A stretch of DNA of 64,000 nucleotides from Nitrosopumilus sp. Its GTDB lineage: Archaea; Thermoproteota; Nitrososphaeria; Nitrososphaerales; Nitrosopumilaceae. Under the pieces are notes generated by a model that worked only from the letters and a program-made list of their open reading frames with translations, had not been told where the DNA came from and did no database searches. The position numbers and the translations under genes are program-made. This document shows, piece by piece, positions 1 to 10,345 of this stretch. Position 1 is the first letter of the stretch; the number at the start of each line of letters is the position of its first letter. The stretch spans positions 1,184,001 to 1,248,000 of the forward strand of contig OZ242041.1 in NCBI GenBank assembly GCA_965205215.1, given 5' to 3'.

Positions 1-2
1 TG

Positions 3-239
3 ATCAGGCACATAACAAAGAGGTTTCCGGCGGGATTCAGGGATTACAAGCTCGAGGACAAGGTCTCAAAGTACTGGCAGTCCCGGCGCCTTCCAAGCAC
101 CACGGTGGACATCGCTGAAAACAACGTAAAGATACCCGCCGAACTGCTTGCCACTGCAAGGTTTGACCCCGAACTGATTGCCACCGTGGAGCAGATACGC
201 GAACGTAGTCTGAAGCTGCGCAGAAAGCGGCTCTACTAG
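3..239 (+). CDS. 3' end of hypothetical protein (partial at window edge)
   Basis: Open frame from window start (IRHITKRF...LRRKRLY) ending TAG at 237-239, convergent with rps27ae. Confidence 0.55.
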   Translation: MRHITKRFPAGFRDYKLEDKVSKYWQSRRLPSTTVDIAENNVKIPAELLATARFDPELIATVEQIRERSLKLRRKRLY

Positions 240-242
240 CGC

Positions 243-419
243 CTATTGCTTGAACTCGGTAAGCCCGCACTTGCCGCACGCGTGCCTGTCCTTGTGCTCT
301 GACATGAATACGCCCTTGCCGCACCGGGAGCAGATCTTTTTTGTACGACTGAGGCTGTCGCCGTCCAACTTGTAATAACTGCTGATTCTGGGACTCGAGC
401 CCTTCTTGCCGTCTCCCAT
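243..419 (-). CDS. rps27ae: 30S ribosomal protein S27ae
   Basis: Hand translation (not in ORF track): MGDGKKGSSPRISSYYKLDGDSLSRTKKICSRCGKGVFMSEHKDRHACGKCGLTEFKQ; C4 zinc ribbon; directly downstream of rps24e. Confidence 0.95.
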   Translation of the reverse strand: MGDGKKGSSPRISSYYKLDGDSLSRTKKICSRCGKGVFMSEHKDRHACGKCGLTEFKQ

Positions 420-868
420 TACGATGCAGCCTCCGCTTCCTTGCCGCCTGATGATTCGTCCGCAGAGGCCTCGGGCTCTGCATTACTGCCGTCCTGGGCC
501 GCCCCTGACGAATCCTTTGCCTCTCCTTCTTCTTCTGAGGACGCGTCTCCTGCCGCCGCCGCCCCCTCTTCCTCTGCCTTTTTTGCCCTGCTTTTCTCAA
601 GCCTTGCAAATATGGTGGGATTGACGTGCTTGCGCGCCAGGGACTCGTCGTCGTATACGTAAAACAGTCCCGTTATTGCAGGCCTCCCAACGTGGTTTCT
701 GAGCCTCATCGGAATTACCGTCTTGCCGTCCAACCCGTACTCCTTTGAGACCATCTCCACTGCGTCCAACCTGCTGAGTTTGCCGCCAAGGCCCGCAAAG
801 TCACATGTAATCTCGCGCCTTGAGAGCAGCGCGTTGCTGGTATCAGACACCTTGCCCACAACTGACAT
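419..868 (-). CDS. rps24e: 30S ribosomal protein S24e with acidic C-terminal tail
   Basis: N-x-LLSRREI motif, G..F.YVYDDE; rps24e-rps27ae synteny; TATA-like TTTATATG upstream. Confidence 0.9.
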   Translation of the reverse strand: MSVVGKVSDTSNALLSRREITCDFAGLGGKLSRLDAVEMVSKEYGLDGKTVIPMRLRNHVGRPAITGLFYVYDDESLARKHVNPTIFARLEKSRAKKAEEEGAAAAGDASSEEEGEAKDSSGAAQDGSNAEPEASADESSGGKEAEAAS

Positions 869-956
869 GTACCATGTGCCCCCGAGAGATTTCATATAAA
901 CCTAAAGTCAGCGTGGGGGGGGGGGGAGGGAGTGTAGTAGGAGGGTAGTGAAAAAC

Positions 957-1076
957 GCAGGGCTGGCAAACGGCGGTCAGCCAAACCCCGCCTTGGCAGT
1001 CGGTACCCGCGGGCTTGTAATCCCGCGGGCTCTTGCAGGCCGGCGCGTGCCTGTCGTCTGCAGGGTTGGGCCCTGC
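957..1076 (-). ncRNA. candidate structured non-coding RNA
   Basis: Closing stem GCAGGGC/GCCCTGC, three internal hairpins, T5 run immediately 3' on minus strand; family not recognised. Confidence 0.25.
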
Positions 1077-1152
1077 ATGGCTGTGCATGCATGCATGCAT
1101 GTGTGCGTGCCCCAAGACAAGGAATTTATGAAAAGGGTTGTCGGCTATGCGC

Positions 1153-1716
1153 ATGGAGAGATACATGCTGCACCTCAAAAACGACGGAAAGTACGGCCCC
1201 CACGACTCCCGCAGGGTCGTGTACAGGGCCCGCGGACTGGGAACGCGGACAGGCGCCTCCGTACGCGTCGCAAGGATTGCAACCCAGTTCATAGAACTTG
1301 ACGTGTCAGTAGAGGCCGGACGCCTTGATGAGCTGGCGAGGGATCTGGCGCCGATCGGGCCCGTCAACAACGTACGGCACGTGGTAGAGGAGGAGATTGA
1401 AAAGGAGCAGGGCATAAGGGACGGCATATTCTACTTTAACAGCGAGCGGTTCTGGGAGAGCCACGAGGCGTTTGAGGGCGTCTGGAAAAAGTGCTTTGGC
1501 AGGGAAAAGGAGCTCGTGCAGGGGATCATACTGGTCGCAGTGGCCTTTGCGCACGGCCAGAGAAACGAGGCGCTGATAGGAATAAGGATGCTAAAGCGGG
1601 CCCTTGAAAAACTCGGGACGTCCCCCTCCAAGTATCATGCCATAGACGTGGACATGATCCGGGAGAGGGCCTCTGATATGCGCACAACGAAGAAACTGGC
1701 GCTGTTCGAGATATGA
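1153..1716 (+). CDS. DUF309 domain protein
   Basis: FN.ERFWESHEAFEGVW...QGIILVAVA..H motif of DUF309. Confidence 0.85.
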   Translation: MERYMLHLKNDGKYGPHDSRRVVYRARGLGTRTGASVRVARIATQFIELDVSVEAGRLDELARDLAPIGPVNNVRHVVEEEIEKEQGIRDGIFYFNSERFWESHEAFEGVWKKCFGREKELVQGIILVAVAFAHGQRNEALIGIRMLKRALEKLGTSPSKYHAIDVDMIRERASDMRTTKKLALFEI

Positions 1717-1825
1717 CGCGCGCCCGCGGGCTGCAGGGCCCGTGCGCGCCCCGCACACCCGGAATATCAATAACTGCCGACGCGCCCGCGTGGGACGCGG
1801 CCGCCTGCTGCTCGCCGTACGGTTC

Positions 1826-3127
1826 TCAATCGGGGCGCGTGCCCTCTCCTTGAGTGATTCGCCTTAGCATGCCAAGCGCGGTGGGGATCACGTCTGCCCC
1901 CGCAAGCATTCCTATCCTGCCCCTTGCCGCCTGGGACTCTGTCATCCTGGTGGTGCCGTCGCCCTGTATGCCGTCGTGTGATATCACCACCGGAACCGGG
2001 TCGTCGCTGTGCCCGTGGTTTATGCACGGCGTCGAGTGGTCCGCCGAGATCACTACCGCGGTTCTCGACGTGTCTATGCCGTCAAGCAGTCTTGCAAAGA
2101 ACCGCCTGTCGATCTCCTCGATGTTCTCCTTTTTCCCGACTGCGTCCCCGTCGTGCCCGAACTCGTCGGGGCCCTTGATGTGGACGTATATCGCGTTCTG
2201 GGTCTCCATGGCCTCGGAGGCCACCCTGGCCTTTTCCTCGTAGTCTGTCAGGCCCCCGGCCTCAAAGGCCTTCATCCTGAGTACCTTTGATATGCCTATC
2301 TCGACTGGCATGTCGACTATGCATGAAAAGTTCATCCCGTACCTCTGGTTGATGGGCTCGACTCGCGGGTACTTGCTGCCCGCGTCGCGGAGCAGTATGC
2401 AGCTGAGCTCCTTCTTTCCCGCCGCGACGCGAGCCGCGTTGATCCCGCTGCCCCCCATTATCGAGATTGCCTGCTCTGAGAACTCGTTTGTCGCGTCCGC
2501 GGCCGCCGCAGCCTCGCCCGAGCCGTCAAGCGGGACGCACCTCTCGACTTTCATAAAGTCGGCGACGGCCTTTGCGACCCCCATCCCGCCGATGTTGGTG
2601 TACGCGGGGTCCGTGTTTGATATCTTTGCCGAGTACGGCCTGCCGCCGCCCCTCCTCAGCCTGACCGTCACGCGGTGCCCGATGGTCGGGGAGACCTTTA
2701 CGGACGTGCGGGGGTCCGAGAACCTGACGCTCTCCTCGATCTCCCTTGATATGGCCTCCGAGTCGGCGGGCTCTATGTGCCTGCCTGCCCTCCTGTCGGT
2801 TATGACGTTGTCGCCGCCGCCCCTGTCAAGCGTGGCAAAGTTTCCACGCAAGGCCAGGTCCCCGTCGGCAAAGTCTATCCCTATGCCGATCGCCTCTATC
2901 ACGCCGCGCCCGGCATAGTCTGCATGACTGAACTTGTATCCTAGCATGTTGAATACTGCAATATCCGACTCCGGGGCGATCCCCTTGCCAACTGATATCA
3001 CCCTGCCAGACGCCCCGTTTGACGCTATTGCGTCGAGCGCGGGCGTGGATGCGGCCTCCAGCGGCGTCCTGCTCCCAAGGTCGGCGTGCGGCAGGTCCCC
3101 GACCCCGTCAAGCAGCACGTATATCAT
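1826..3127 (-). CDS. apgM: 2,3-bisphosphoglycerate-independent phosphoglycerate mutase (start may be a few codons further upstream)
   Basis: LLDGVGD..TPLEAA, PESD, GRGVIEA, HIKGPDEFGHDGD, SADHSTP motifs. Confidence 0.93.
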   Translation of the reverse strand: MIYVLLDGVGDLPHADLGSRTPLEAASTPALDAIASNGASGRVISVGKGIAPESDIAVFNMLGYKFSHADYAGRGVIEAIGIGIDFADGDLALRGNFATLDRGGGDNVITDRRAGRHIEPADSEAISREIEESVRFSDPRTSVKVSPTIGHRVTVRLRRGGGRPYSAKISNTDPAYTNIGGMGVAKAVADFMKVERCVPLDGSGEAAAAADATNEFSEQAISIMGGSGINAARVAAGKKELSCILLRDAGSKYPRVEPINQRYGMNFSCIVDMPVEIGISKVLRMKAFEAGGLTDYEEKARVASEAMETQNAIYVHIKGPDEFGHDGDAVGKKENIEEIDRRFFARLLDGIDTSRTAVVISADHSTPCINHGHSDDPVPVVISHDGIQGDGTTRMTESQAARGRIGMLAGADVIPTALGMLRRITQGEGTRPD

Positions 3128-3629
3128 GCTGATGCCGGAATTGTTAGCGTCACCTGAACTGGCGCCATAATTAGCGGCGGTGCTGCCGTCATGTCTGCCG
3201 TCGGAACGAGAAGAAGACACTGACTCGCAGAATCGGGGCTGTGTTTTAAAGCTTGGCTGCTTTTGCCGCGGTCTGTCGCAATTGCATGGACTGTTGTCTT
3301 GGCGCGCGCTCCGGTTTGGGCGCCTGCTTGCGGGCATGGCTTGGGACTGGCAGGATGGGGAAAGGCGTGGCGGGGATGGAGGGGGTGGGGAATGGAAGGG
3401 AAGGGGAGGGAAGGGGAGGGAGCAGGTAGAGGAGGAGGAGGAAGGGGAAGCAAGCCGGGAAGGAGCTACGGATTCACGCGCGACTTTTGTACTATCTGCG
3501 ATGATCCCGGGCGCCATTTCCGGAGATCACGGCTGCGCGCATGGGCCGGGGCGGCAACCGGACACCGCGCCACCTGCGCCGCCGCTAACCTTCTGGAAAC
3601 TTTTTAACAGCAATACGGTATCTCTTGGC

Positions 3630-4643
3630 ATGGGAAGCATACGGGTCGATTACGCCTCGGAACGCTTTATGATAATATATGAGGGGGACGATTCGGGCGT
3701 GGGCGCCAACTCTGCGTACGCGTCGGGAAACGAGAAAAAGACAAACCCCTCGATGCTCTCCCTTGTGATAAAGGACGGCATACTGCGGCGGCAGCAGGAC
3801 ATAGACGGCCAGATAGTAAAGGGGTGGGCCGTCAGGGTCTTTGAGAGCAAGAATCCCGTCGTGTCCGTTTCGGCCGGAAACGATTATGGCAAGGAGCCGT
3901 TTGAGAGCCAGCCGGCGTACGGGCACCACCTGGTGCTCGTGGCCTCGCCGGATCCCTCAAAGACGCTGGCCACCATCGACTCTGAGCAGTGGTCAAACGC
4001 GCTCGTAGTGGTGCAGGACCGCCTTAGGTGGCTTTACACGCAAAAGGGCGTCGCCTACGTGGCCGTATACGCGGATCACGTCGGCGGGCTCAGGGGAAGG
4101 TCCAAGGTACACCCGCACCTGAACATCGTATCGTTCCGGATGATTCCCCCGACCGTGAACGACGAGATGGAGTCGTACAAGAGGACGCAGGAGAAGCGCG
4201 GCACGTGCCCCACGTGCCACATAATAGAAAGCGACGACCAGCTGAGGCGCGTCCTGCAGACTGAGAGCTTTGTGGCCTACTGCCCGTGGTCCCCGACGTA
4301 CCCGTTTGAGTTCTGCATCGCCCCCAAGAGGCACGCGGTCAGCTTTGCAAAGATGTCGCAGAAGGAGATTGAGGACCTGGCGCTGATGATCAGGGCCACG
4401 CTTGGCGGGCTTGCAAGCATGATAAAGAACGTGACGTTCAGCATGGTGTTCCACCTGTCCGCGGAGCGCAAGAGCAGTCGCCTGATGCACTGGCACATCG
4501 AGGTATACCCCGTAACAAAGCAGTGGTCCGGCATGGAGCGCGGGTACGGCATCCACCTCAACGACGTGTCCCCCGAGGACGCGGCAAAAAGGCTGGGGGC
4601 CTCGTGCAGAAAGGAGCTCGCAAACATGGTCGGCATTGGCTGA
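3630..4643 (+). CDS. galactose-1-phosphate uridylyltransferase (GalT/HIT-like) family protein
   Basis: GNE..T, HPHLN, CPTC, HWHIEVYP...GMERG motifs. Confidence 0.8.
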   Translation: MGSIRVDYASERFMIIYEGDDSGVGANSAYASGNEKKTNPSMLSLVIKDGILRRQQDIDGQIVKGWAVRVFESKNPVVSVSAGNDYGKEPFESQPAYGHHLVLVASPDPSKTLATIDSEQWSNALVVVQDRLRWLYTQKGVAYVAVYADHVGGLRGRSKVHPHLNIVSFRMIPPTVNDEMESYKRTQEKRGTCPTCHIIESDDQLRRVLQTESFVAYCPWSPTYPFEFCIAPKRHAVSFAKMSQKEIEDLALMIRATLGGLASMIKNVTFSMVFHLSAERKSSRLMHWHIEVYPVTKQWSGMERGYGIHLNDVSPEDAAKRLGASCRKELANMVGIG

Positions 4644-4763
4644 GTCCTGCTGCTGCGCCGCCCCCTGTTTGCAGGCCCTGCAGGCGCGCCGGGATTTTTG
4701 CGCGGAGGCGGCTTCCCGCACCGACTTGAATGATTTATTTGCCAACGCCTCGGTGCGGCCGTA

Positions 4764-5204
4764 ATGGCGCTTGAAAAGTGGCTCGGGCTTGCAAGCCTGG
4801 CGCTCTTTGCAATGTTCTCGGGGCTCATGATAAGCGTGTATGGGTTTCTGACCGACGTGCCGGACGACTTTGACTACGCGCTGTCCTTTGAGGCCGATCC
4901 CAAGCTGCTCCAGTTCATATCGATAGGCGCGGCGCCCGCCGGCGTGATGGGGGCGATCGCGTTCATCATGTCCAGGTATTATGGGTCGAGGCCGGTGGGA
5001 CTGCTTTTGATCGGCGGCGGCGCCGTCATGCTGGCCGGAATGTACGTGTGCCACGTGATGCTTGAGAGGATAGACGAGGCGTACGTCACGGACGCGCTGG
5101 CGATTACCCCCTACGTGTTCATGGGGATGTCGGCCCCCGTGGTGGCGTTTGGCGCGCGCCTGTTCAAGCGCAGAAAGAGGCGGCCGAAAAAAGAGTACTT
5201 TTAG
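4764..5204 (+). CDS. membrane protein, about 4 TM helices
   Basis: Four hydrophobic segments and a basic C-terminal tail. Confidence 0.75.
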   Translation: MALEKWLGLASLALFAMFSGLMISVYGFLTDVPDDFDYALSFEADPKLLQFISIGAAPAGVMGAIAFIMSRYYGSRPVGLLLIGGGAVMLAGMYVCHVMLERIDEAYVTDALAITPYVFMGMSAPVVAFGARLFKRRKRRPKKEYF

Positions 5205-5294
5205 CATGCCGCGTGCCTTGCTGCTATCGCCGTTGCAGATGTCGCGGCGCCGCCGCAGTCGCCGCCGCAGCCGCAGCTGTACTGGCCTGCGAGC

Positions 5295-5999
5295 TCATAT
5301 CTTGCCCAGGCGCTTTATGTACTCCTGCTGCGCCATCTCGTAGGACTCTTTGTCCCCGATGTCCAGAAAACTGTTTCTTGGTGCGATGTACCCTGACACC
5401 GTCCTTTTCTGGGCTATGGCCTTTTTGATGAGCGCGTCCATGCCGTACGGCTTGTTTGCCGGAATCATCTTGATTATGCCCGGCTCCATTACGTAGCATC
5501 CCATGTTTATCGTGGCCGCAATCTCGGGTTTTTCCCTCCAGTCGGTCACCCTGCCGGACCCTGTCGTCTCTATGACCCCGTACGGCAGGTTGGTCTTGTA
5601 CGTGCTGAGGCCCATGGTGGCAAACGCCTTTGATTCCTTGTGGTGCTTTATCATGCCCCTCAGCGAAAAGTCGTATATCGCGTCCCCGTACATGCACACA
5701 AAGGTTTCGTCTATCATGTCGCCCGCGATCCTCAGCTGGCCCGCGGTGGCAAGGGGCTTTGTGGATGCCGCGTACTCTATGCTGACGCCGAACCTCTGGC
5801 CGTCCTCGAAGTAATCCTCGATGGTCTTTCGCAGATAGCTGGTGCATATTATCATGGACTTGATGCCGTTCTTCCTTATCCAGTCTATGAGGTGCTCCAG
5901 TATCGGCTTTTCGCCCAGGGGCAGCATCGGCTTTGGCAGAAACGTGGTGTACGGCTGGAGTCTGGTTCCGAGGCCGCCTGCCAGTATGATTGCCTTCAT
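5295..5999 (-). CDS. sugar-phosphate nucleotidyltransferase (NTP_transferase family)
   Basis: MKAIILAGGLGTRLQP...PKPMLP, EKP, DIG motifs. Confidence 0.9.
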   Translation of the reverse strand: MKAIILAGGLGTRLQPYTTFLPKPMLPLGEKPILEHLIDWIRKNGIKSMIICTSYLRKTIEDYFEDGQRFGVSIEYAASTKPLATAGQLRIAGDMIDETFVCMYGDAIYDFSLRGMIKHHKESKAFATMGLSTYKTNLPYGVIETTGSGRVTDWREKPEIAATINMGCYVMEPGIIKMIPANKPYGMDALIKKAIAQKRTVSGYIAPRNSFLDIGDKESYEMAQQEYIKRLGKI

Positions 6000-6103
6000 C
6001 GTGGGTGCTGGCGTTGGCGCCATTATTTATGTTCGCGACTCCGCGCGTGCTGTGTTACGCGCGCGTGGCGCAGGTGCGTATGCCCCCTCCCACCCCGGTG
6101 CCC

Positions 6104-7540
6104 TCATGCGGGGGCGGTTACCTGCCGCACCTTTGCCAGCACGTCGTCGGGGGACTCTCCGAATATTATGATCATGGGCTCCTTGCCGTGGTCGCCGTCA
6201 TGGCATACCGCGTCTGGGGCCGACTCGGCGTCCCTGACTGCCTCTGAGACGCCCCACTGCACGGACGACCCCCTGGCCTTCGTGCCTGCCGGTTCGAGGC
6301 TCCTGTCGTAGCGCGCAACGGTCATCCCGGATCCCGTGATCCTGCCTATGGTGCCCTTGTCATATCTGATGTTGACTGCTGATCTTATCCTTGGGAATTT
6401 CCTGCTTGCAGCGACCAGGGCCGCGGCCATGTGCTTTGAACCGCCATATGCAATGTCCCCCGCCACTGCAACCCCTCTGCCCGTCCGGACTATCCTGCCC
6501 CGTATGCCAAGCACATTTCGCGTGCTCCGCGGACCCGTCGTTTCGGAGTGCACAAAATTGGTCTGGCACTCTGGTATGTGCATGTATATGCCCCTGATGC
6601 GCGTAAACTCCGTTATCGCGCCTGCAAGGGCCGATGCGGCGCCGGACATACCTGCTCCATCCTGGACGTGAATATCTCCTGCAATGCCTGCGCCCTTTCC
6701 CGCATTGGTGGCGTTTCTCATGAGGCGCGCGACAAATTTTTTCGCGCCCCTTGCCGATTCCGTCACCGGCATGCCGGACGCAAGGCCGCACAGAAGCGAG
6801 GCCGCAAACGCGCACCCGCCCCCGTGCGTCTCGTACGGCACGGCCCGCCCGCGCAGGCGGCGCGTCCTAGTCCTTCCCCCGGCGTCGCGAGCCGCGACCA
6901 CGTCGTAATAATAATTGCCGGACTTGATGCCGGTGACCACGGCAGAGCCTGCGCCAAGCTCGTGCACCACCCGCAGCGCAAGCCTGTCGTATGCGTCGGC
7001 GGCCCCGTCGAGTTCCGGGTGCGCCGCGCGCGTTCTGGAGCTTTCTGCCCCTTTGGTCGCGCCTCCGCCCTCGCCCCGGGCGCAGCCAAGCAGCAGGCGC
7101 GCCTCCTGCACGTTCGGGGTCGTCGCGGCCGCAAGTGGGATTATGCGCCTTGCATAGTCGCGTAGCGCCGGCTGCCGCATGAGCGTCCCTCCCGTCGTGG
7201 ACTCGATTACTGGATCCGCCACTATGGGTACGGAGCCTGCCAGTTCGGCTAGGCGCCTTGACACGGCCCTGACGGCCCGCGAGGTGTATATCATTCCCAC
7301 CGCCACCCCGGACACCTCAAAGTCGGCCAGCACCGCGTCGAGCTGCGACTCTAGCATTCTCTGGGAGACGGGCTCGGCCCCCGCAAACGAGGACGTGTTC
7401 TGGGACGTCACGGCCGTGACTACCGACAGCCCGTAGGCGCCGTGAGCCCCGAACGTCCTGATGTCGCCCTGTACGCCTGCCCCCGACGAGGGATCGGAGC
7501 CGCCTATTGACAGGAGGTTCATGGGTGACATGGCGCGCAT
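6104..7540 (-). CDS. thiD: HMP/HMP-P kinase fused to ThiN-type thiamine-phosphate synthase domain (ThiDN)
   Basis: GSDPSSGAGVQGD, TPNVQEA, THGGGC; C-terminal IPECQTN...YGGSKH...GKEP. Confidence 0.92.
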   Translation of the reverse strand: MRAMSPMNLLSIGGSDPSSGAGVQGDIRTFGAHGAYGLSVVTAVTSQNTSSFAGAEPVSQRMLESQLDAVLADFEVSGVAVGMIYTSRAVRAVSRRLAELAGSVPIVADPVIESTTGGTLMRQPALRDYARRIIPLAAATTPNVQEARLLLGCARGEGGGATKGAESSRTRAAHPELDGAADAYDRLALRVVHELGAGSAVVTGIKSGNYYYDVVAARDAGGRTRTRRLRGRAVPYETHGGGCAFAASLLCGLASGMPVTESARGAKKFVARLMRNATNAGKGAGIAGDIHVQDGAGMSGAASALAGAITEFTRIRGIYMHIPECQTNFVHSETTGPRSTRNVLGIRGRIVRTGRGVAVAGDIAYGGSKHMAAALVAASRKFPRIRSAVNIRYDKGTIGRITGSGMTVARYDRSLEPAGTKARGSSVQWGVSEAVRDAESAPDAVCHDGDHGKEPMIIIFGESPDDVLAKVRQVTAPA

Positions 7541-7730
7541 GGGCTATTTTGCATTGTGGTTAGGTGACTATGGTAGCAGCAGCAGCAGCAGACACAGCGG
7601 CGGTGGCACCCGCAGCCGTCAACTGCATACTGCATCTTCCCCAACCGCATATGGCGCCTGCAGCCCCGTCGGCTGCCCTTGATATTGCATGCTGCGGCCG
7701 GCTCCCTTCACGTCGCCGCTACCACCACCG

Positions 7731-7829
7731 CTAGCTTGATGACTGCGAGGCGCACTTGTATGAGCAGAAGACATCACGCGTGTCGTAGAACTCTTCTCCG
7801 CAGTGCCTGCACACCCTGATGGTCCTCAT
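7731..7829 (-). CDS. 32-aa zinc-finger microprotein (CxxC...FCSxxC)
   Basis: Hand translation MRTIRVCRHCGEEFYDTRDVFCSYKCASQSSS; TTAAATA box at 7857-7851, about 22 nt upstream of ATG. Confidence 0.7.
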   Translation of the reverse strand: MRTIRVCRHCGEEFYDTRDVFCSYKCASQSSS

Positions 7830-8120
7830 GCGTACTGTGCGTCCATATCGTATTTAAGGACGGCCGGGTGTCGCGGCTCCGCACACACGCGGCGTCGCGG
7901 GGCGCGCGTAGCCTGCGGGCAGAACATCCTTCTCGTCGGCGTTCGCAGTGCGCCGGGGGCCGGGCCTGAGTCATCGCACTTCCTCCCGTCTGCAGGCCTC
8001 CACCGGCCGTGACGTGCAGGTGCGCTTTTTGGAGTGCGGGTTTACGTACGTCGCCAACCGCAAGCGGGGGGACGGTTGCCCTTCCTTACTACTTAAATCG
8101 GGCCGCCCCGTGCGCATGGC

Positions 8121-9515
8121 ATGTCAACCCAGATGGCCGCTGCAAGGCGCGGTGTAGTCACGGAGGAGATGAGGCAGGTCGCGCGTGACGAGGACGTCTC
8201 TGCCGACTGGCTGGTATCAAAGATGGCGTCTGGCGCCATTATCATACCTGCCAACAATGCCCGCCCGCAAAAGTCACATGTGCACCGGGTCGGGATAGGG
8301 CGCGGACTCAAGACAAAGGTCAACGTCAACATCGGGACCTCCACGCTCAACGTGGACCTGCCCGGCGAAATTGCAAAGGCGCGGGTGGCAGTAAAGTACC
8401 ACGCCGACACCATAATGGATCTGAGCGACGGGGGGGACGTCAAGGGGATACGGCGCAGGCTGCTGCAGGAGGCGCCGATAACGTTTGGGACGGTTCCCAT
8501 ATACGAGGCGTACAACTATGGCGTCGAGGAGCACAAGAACCCGCTGAACCTGACTGAGGACGACTATCTTAACGCGTTTGAGAACAACGCAAAGGACGGC
8601 GTGGACTATACCACGGTCCACTGCGGGATCACCAAGGACATTGCAAAGCGCATACTAAAGGTGAGGCGGCACGGCGGGGTGGTCAGCAAGGGCGGCACCA
8701 TCACGGCCGCGTGGATGCTAAAGCACGACAAGGAGAATCCCTACTACGAGCACTATGACTATCTTGTGGAGATTGCAAAAAAATACGACGTGACTTTCAG
8801 CTTGGGCGACGCGCTGAGGCCCGGCTCCATTCTGGACTCGCACGACGAGCTGCAGGTGCAGGAGATGATCAACATATCGCGCCTCACGAAGCGCGCCCAC
8901 GAGCAGGACGTGCAGGTGATGGTGGAGGGACCCGGGCACGTGCCCCTCAACGAGGTGGCCGCAAACGTCCGGCTTGCAAAATCGCTGATCGGGGACGTGC
9001 CGTATTACGTACTGGGCCCGCTGGTAACCGACGTGGCGTCCGGACACGACCACATTGCAAGCGCCATAGGCGCCGCCGTGTCGGCAAGCGAGGGCGTCGA
9101 CCTGCTGTGCTACCTGACGCCGTCCGAGCACCTGGCGCTGCCAAACGAGGAGGAGGTAAAGGCGGGGCTCATCGCGTACAGGATTGCCGCACACGCCGGC
9201 GATCTTGTCAAGCTGCGTGAAAAGGCCATAAAGTGGGACGCCGCGATGACCGAGGCCCGCCGCACGCTTGACTGGGAGCGGCAGATTGCGCTCTCAATCG
9301 ACCCCGAGGAGGCCGCGCGCATACACGGTAGGACCGGGCAGCACCCGGGAAACAACGTGCCGTGCACGATGTGCGGCGGGGCGTGCGTGTACATGATGCT
9401 GCCGCAGCAGAAAAAGTACGGCGACGGCGGTGATAGCGGTGACGGCAGTCGCGCCGGCAAACCCGCAAAACCCGAGATCCGTAACACGGCTGCGGCCACG
9501 ACCCTGCCATCATAG
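8121..9515 (+). CDS. thiC: phosphomethylpyrimidine synthase
   Basis: KVNVNIGTS, MDLS, GTVPIY, SLGDALRPG, EGPGHVP, CTMCG..C motifs. Confidence 0.97.
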   Translation: MSTQMAAARRGVVTEEMRQVARDEDVSADWLVSKMASGAIIIPANNARPQKSHVHRVGIGRGLKTKVNVNIGTSTLNVDLPGEIAKARVAVKYHADTIMDLSDGGDVKGIRRRLLQEAPITFGTVPIYEAYNYGVEEHKNPLNLTEDDYLNAFENNAKDGVDYTTVHCGITKDIAKRILKVRRHGGVVSKGGTITAAWMLKHDKENPYYEHYDYLVEIAKKYDVTFSLGDALRPGSILDSHDELQVQEMINISRLTKRAHEQDVQVMVEGPGHVPLNEVAANVRLAKSLIGDVPYYVLGPLVTDVASGHDHIASAIGAAVSASEGVDLLCYLTPSEHLALPNEEEVKAGLIAYRIAAHAGDLVKLREKAIKWDAAMTEARRTLDWERQIALSIDPEEAARIHGRTGQHPGNNVPCTMCGGACVYMMLPQQKKYGDGGDSGDGSRAGKPAKPEIRNTAAATTLPS

Positions 9516-9691
9516 CGTCTGTTCTGCCACTATCGGGGTCATCTTGAAAGGGCCTCTGGATGCGGATGTGATCCGGAGCACGCTCATTCCGGGTGGGTCA
9601 TACTGCCAGTCTTGTGCATGGCTGGGGCAGGCTACTGGGCCCCGAGCCCGCAATGACAGATCGATCGCCGGCTTGATCCGCGCGCCTGTCT

Positions 9692-10345
9692 TCATATCAG
9701 GCAGGACATCACCCTGTAAAGGTCGGGGACGGTCTCGTACTTGTCCATCTCTGATATCTTCACCCACCTGTAGTCCGAGTTCTCCCAGTTGAGCCTTACG
9801 GGGGGGCTGTCGGCCTCAAACAGGAACGCCGACACGACCCACTCGTGGTTCCTGTACTGCGGCGACTTTATCCGTATGCCGTCCGCGCTTCTTATCAGCC
9901 TGATCTTGCTTTTGGTAATGCCCGCCTCCTCGAATATCTCTGTCCTTGCGCGGTTCAGGGGCTTTTCGTTGCCCTCTATGATCCCGCTGACCCCGGACCA
10001 CTTGCCGCGCATGGTCCTCACCCTGTTGCTGCGCCTCAGGAGCAGGACCTTGTCGGTTCTGACATCCCGCACGAACGCGGTCACTATGCCGGTGGTGCGC
10101 ACTGCCGTGCTGCCGTCTGCCGCGGCCGGACGGCCGGCGCCTCGCGTGCCGTTCTCCTTTCTGTATCTTCTGCCTTTGGCGGTTCTGTCGGCCGACATGT
10201 TGCGGCCGCGGCCGCTGCTACCGTGGTTGCTGCTGCCACCCCCGCCATTATTGCGACTCCCGTCGTTCCCGCCGCTGCCGCGGCCACGCCTTTCTGTTCC
10301 CTTTCTGATAACTCTGCTGCCGGCATCCCCGGCGCTACTTTTCAA
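9692..10345 (-). CDS. NUDIX hydrolase (start uncertain; low-complexity N-terminus)
   Basis: Nudix box GIIEGNEKPLNRARTEIFEEAG; LNWEN..Y.W. Confidence 0.85.
   Translation of the reverse strand: MKSSAGDAGSRVIRKGTERRGRGSGGNDGSRNNGGGGSSNHGSSGRGRNMSADRTAKGRRYRKENGTRGAGRPAAADGSTAVRTTGIVTAFVRDVRTDKVLLLRRSNRVRTMRGKWSGVSGIIEGNEKPLNRARTEIFEEAGITKSKIRLIRSADGIRIKSPQYRNHEWVVSAFLFEADSPPVRLNWENSDYRWVKISEMDKYETVPDLYRVMSCLI

Noticed and set aside
957-1076. 5S rRNA
   Set aside because: Length fits, but the conserved CCGAAC loop and other 5S signatures are absent.
3128-3629. Long N-terminal extensions of apgM and the GalT-like gene; purine-rich G-quadruplex-like tract
   Set aside because: Extensions are low-complexity read-through of intergenic DNA; G-runs are common across this window.
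7860-8120. TPP riboswitch upstream of thiC
   Set aside because: No CTGAGA or the other conserved TPP motifs seen; TATA about 22 nt before the ATG implies a leaderless mRNA.
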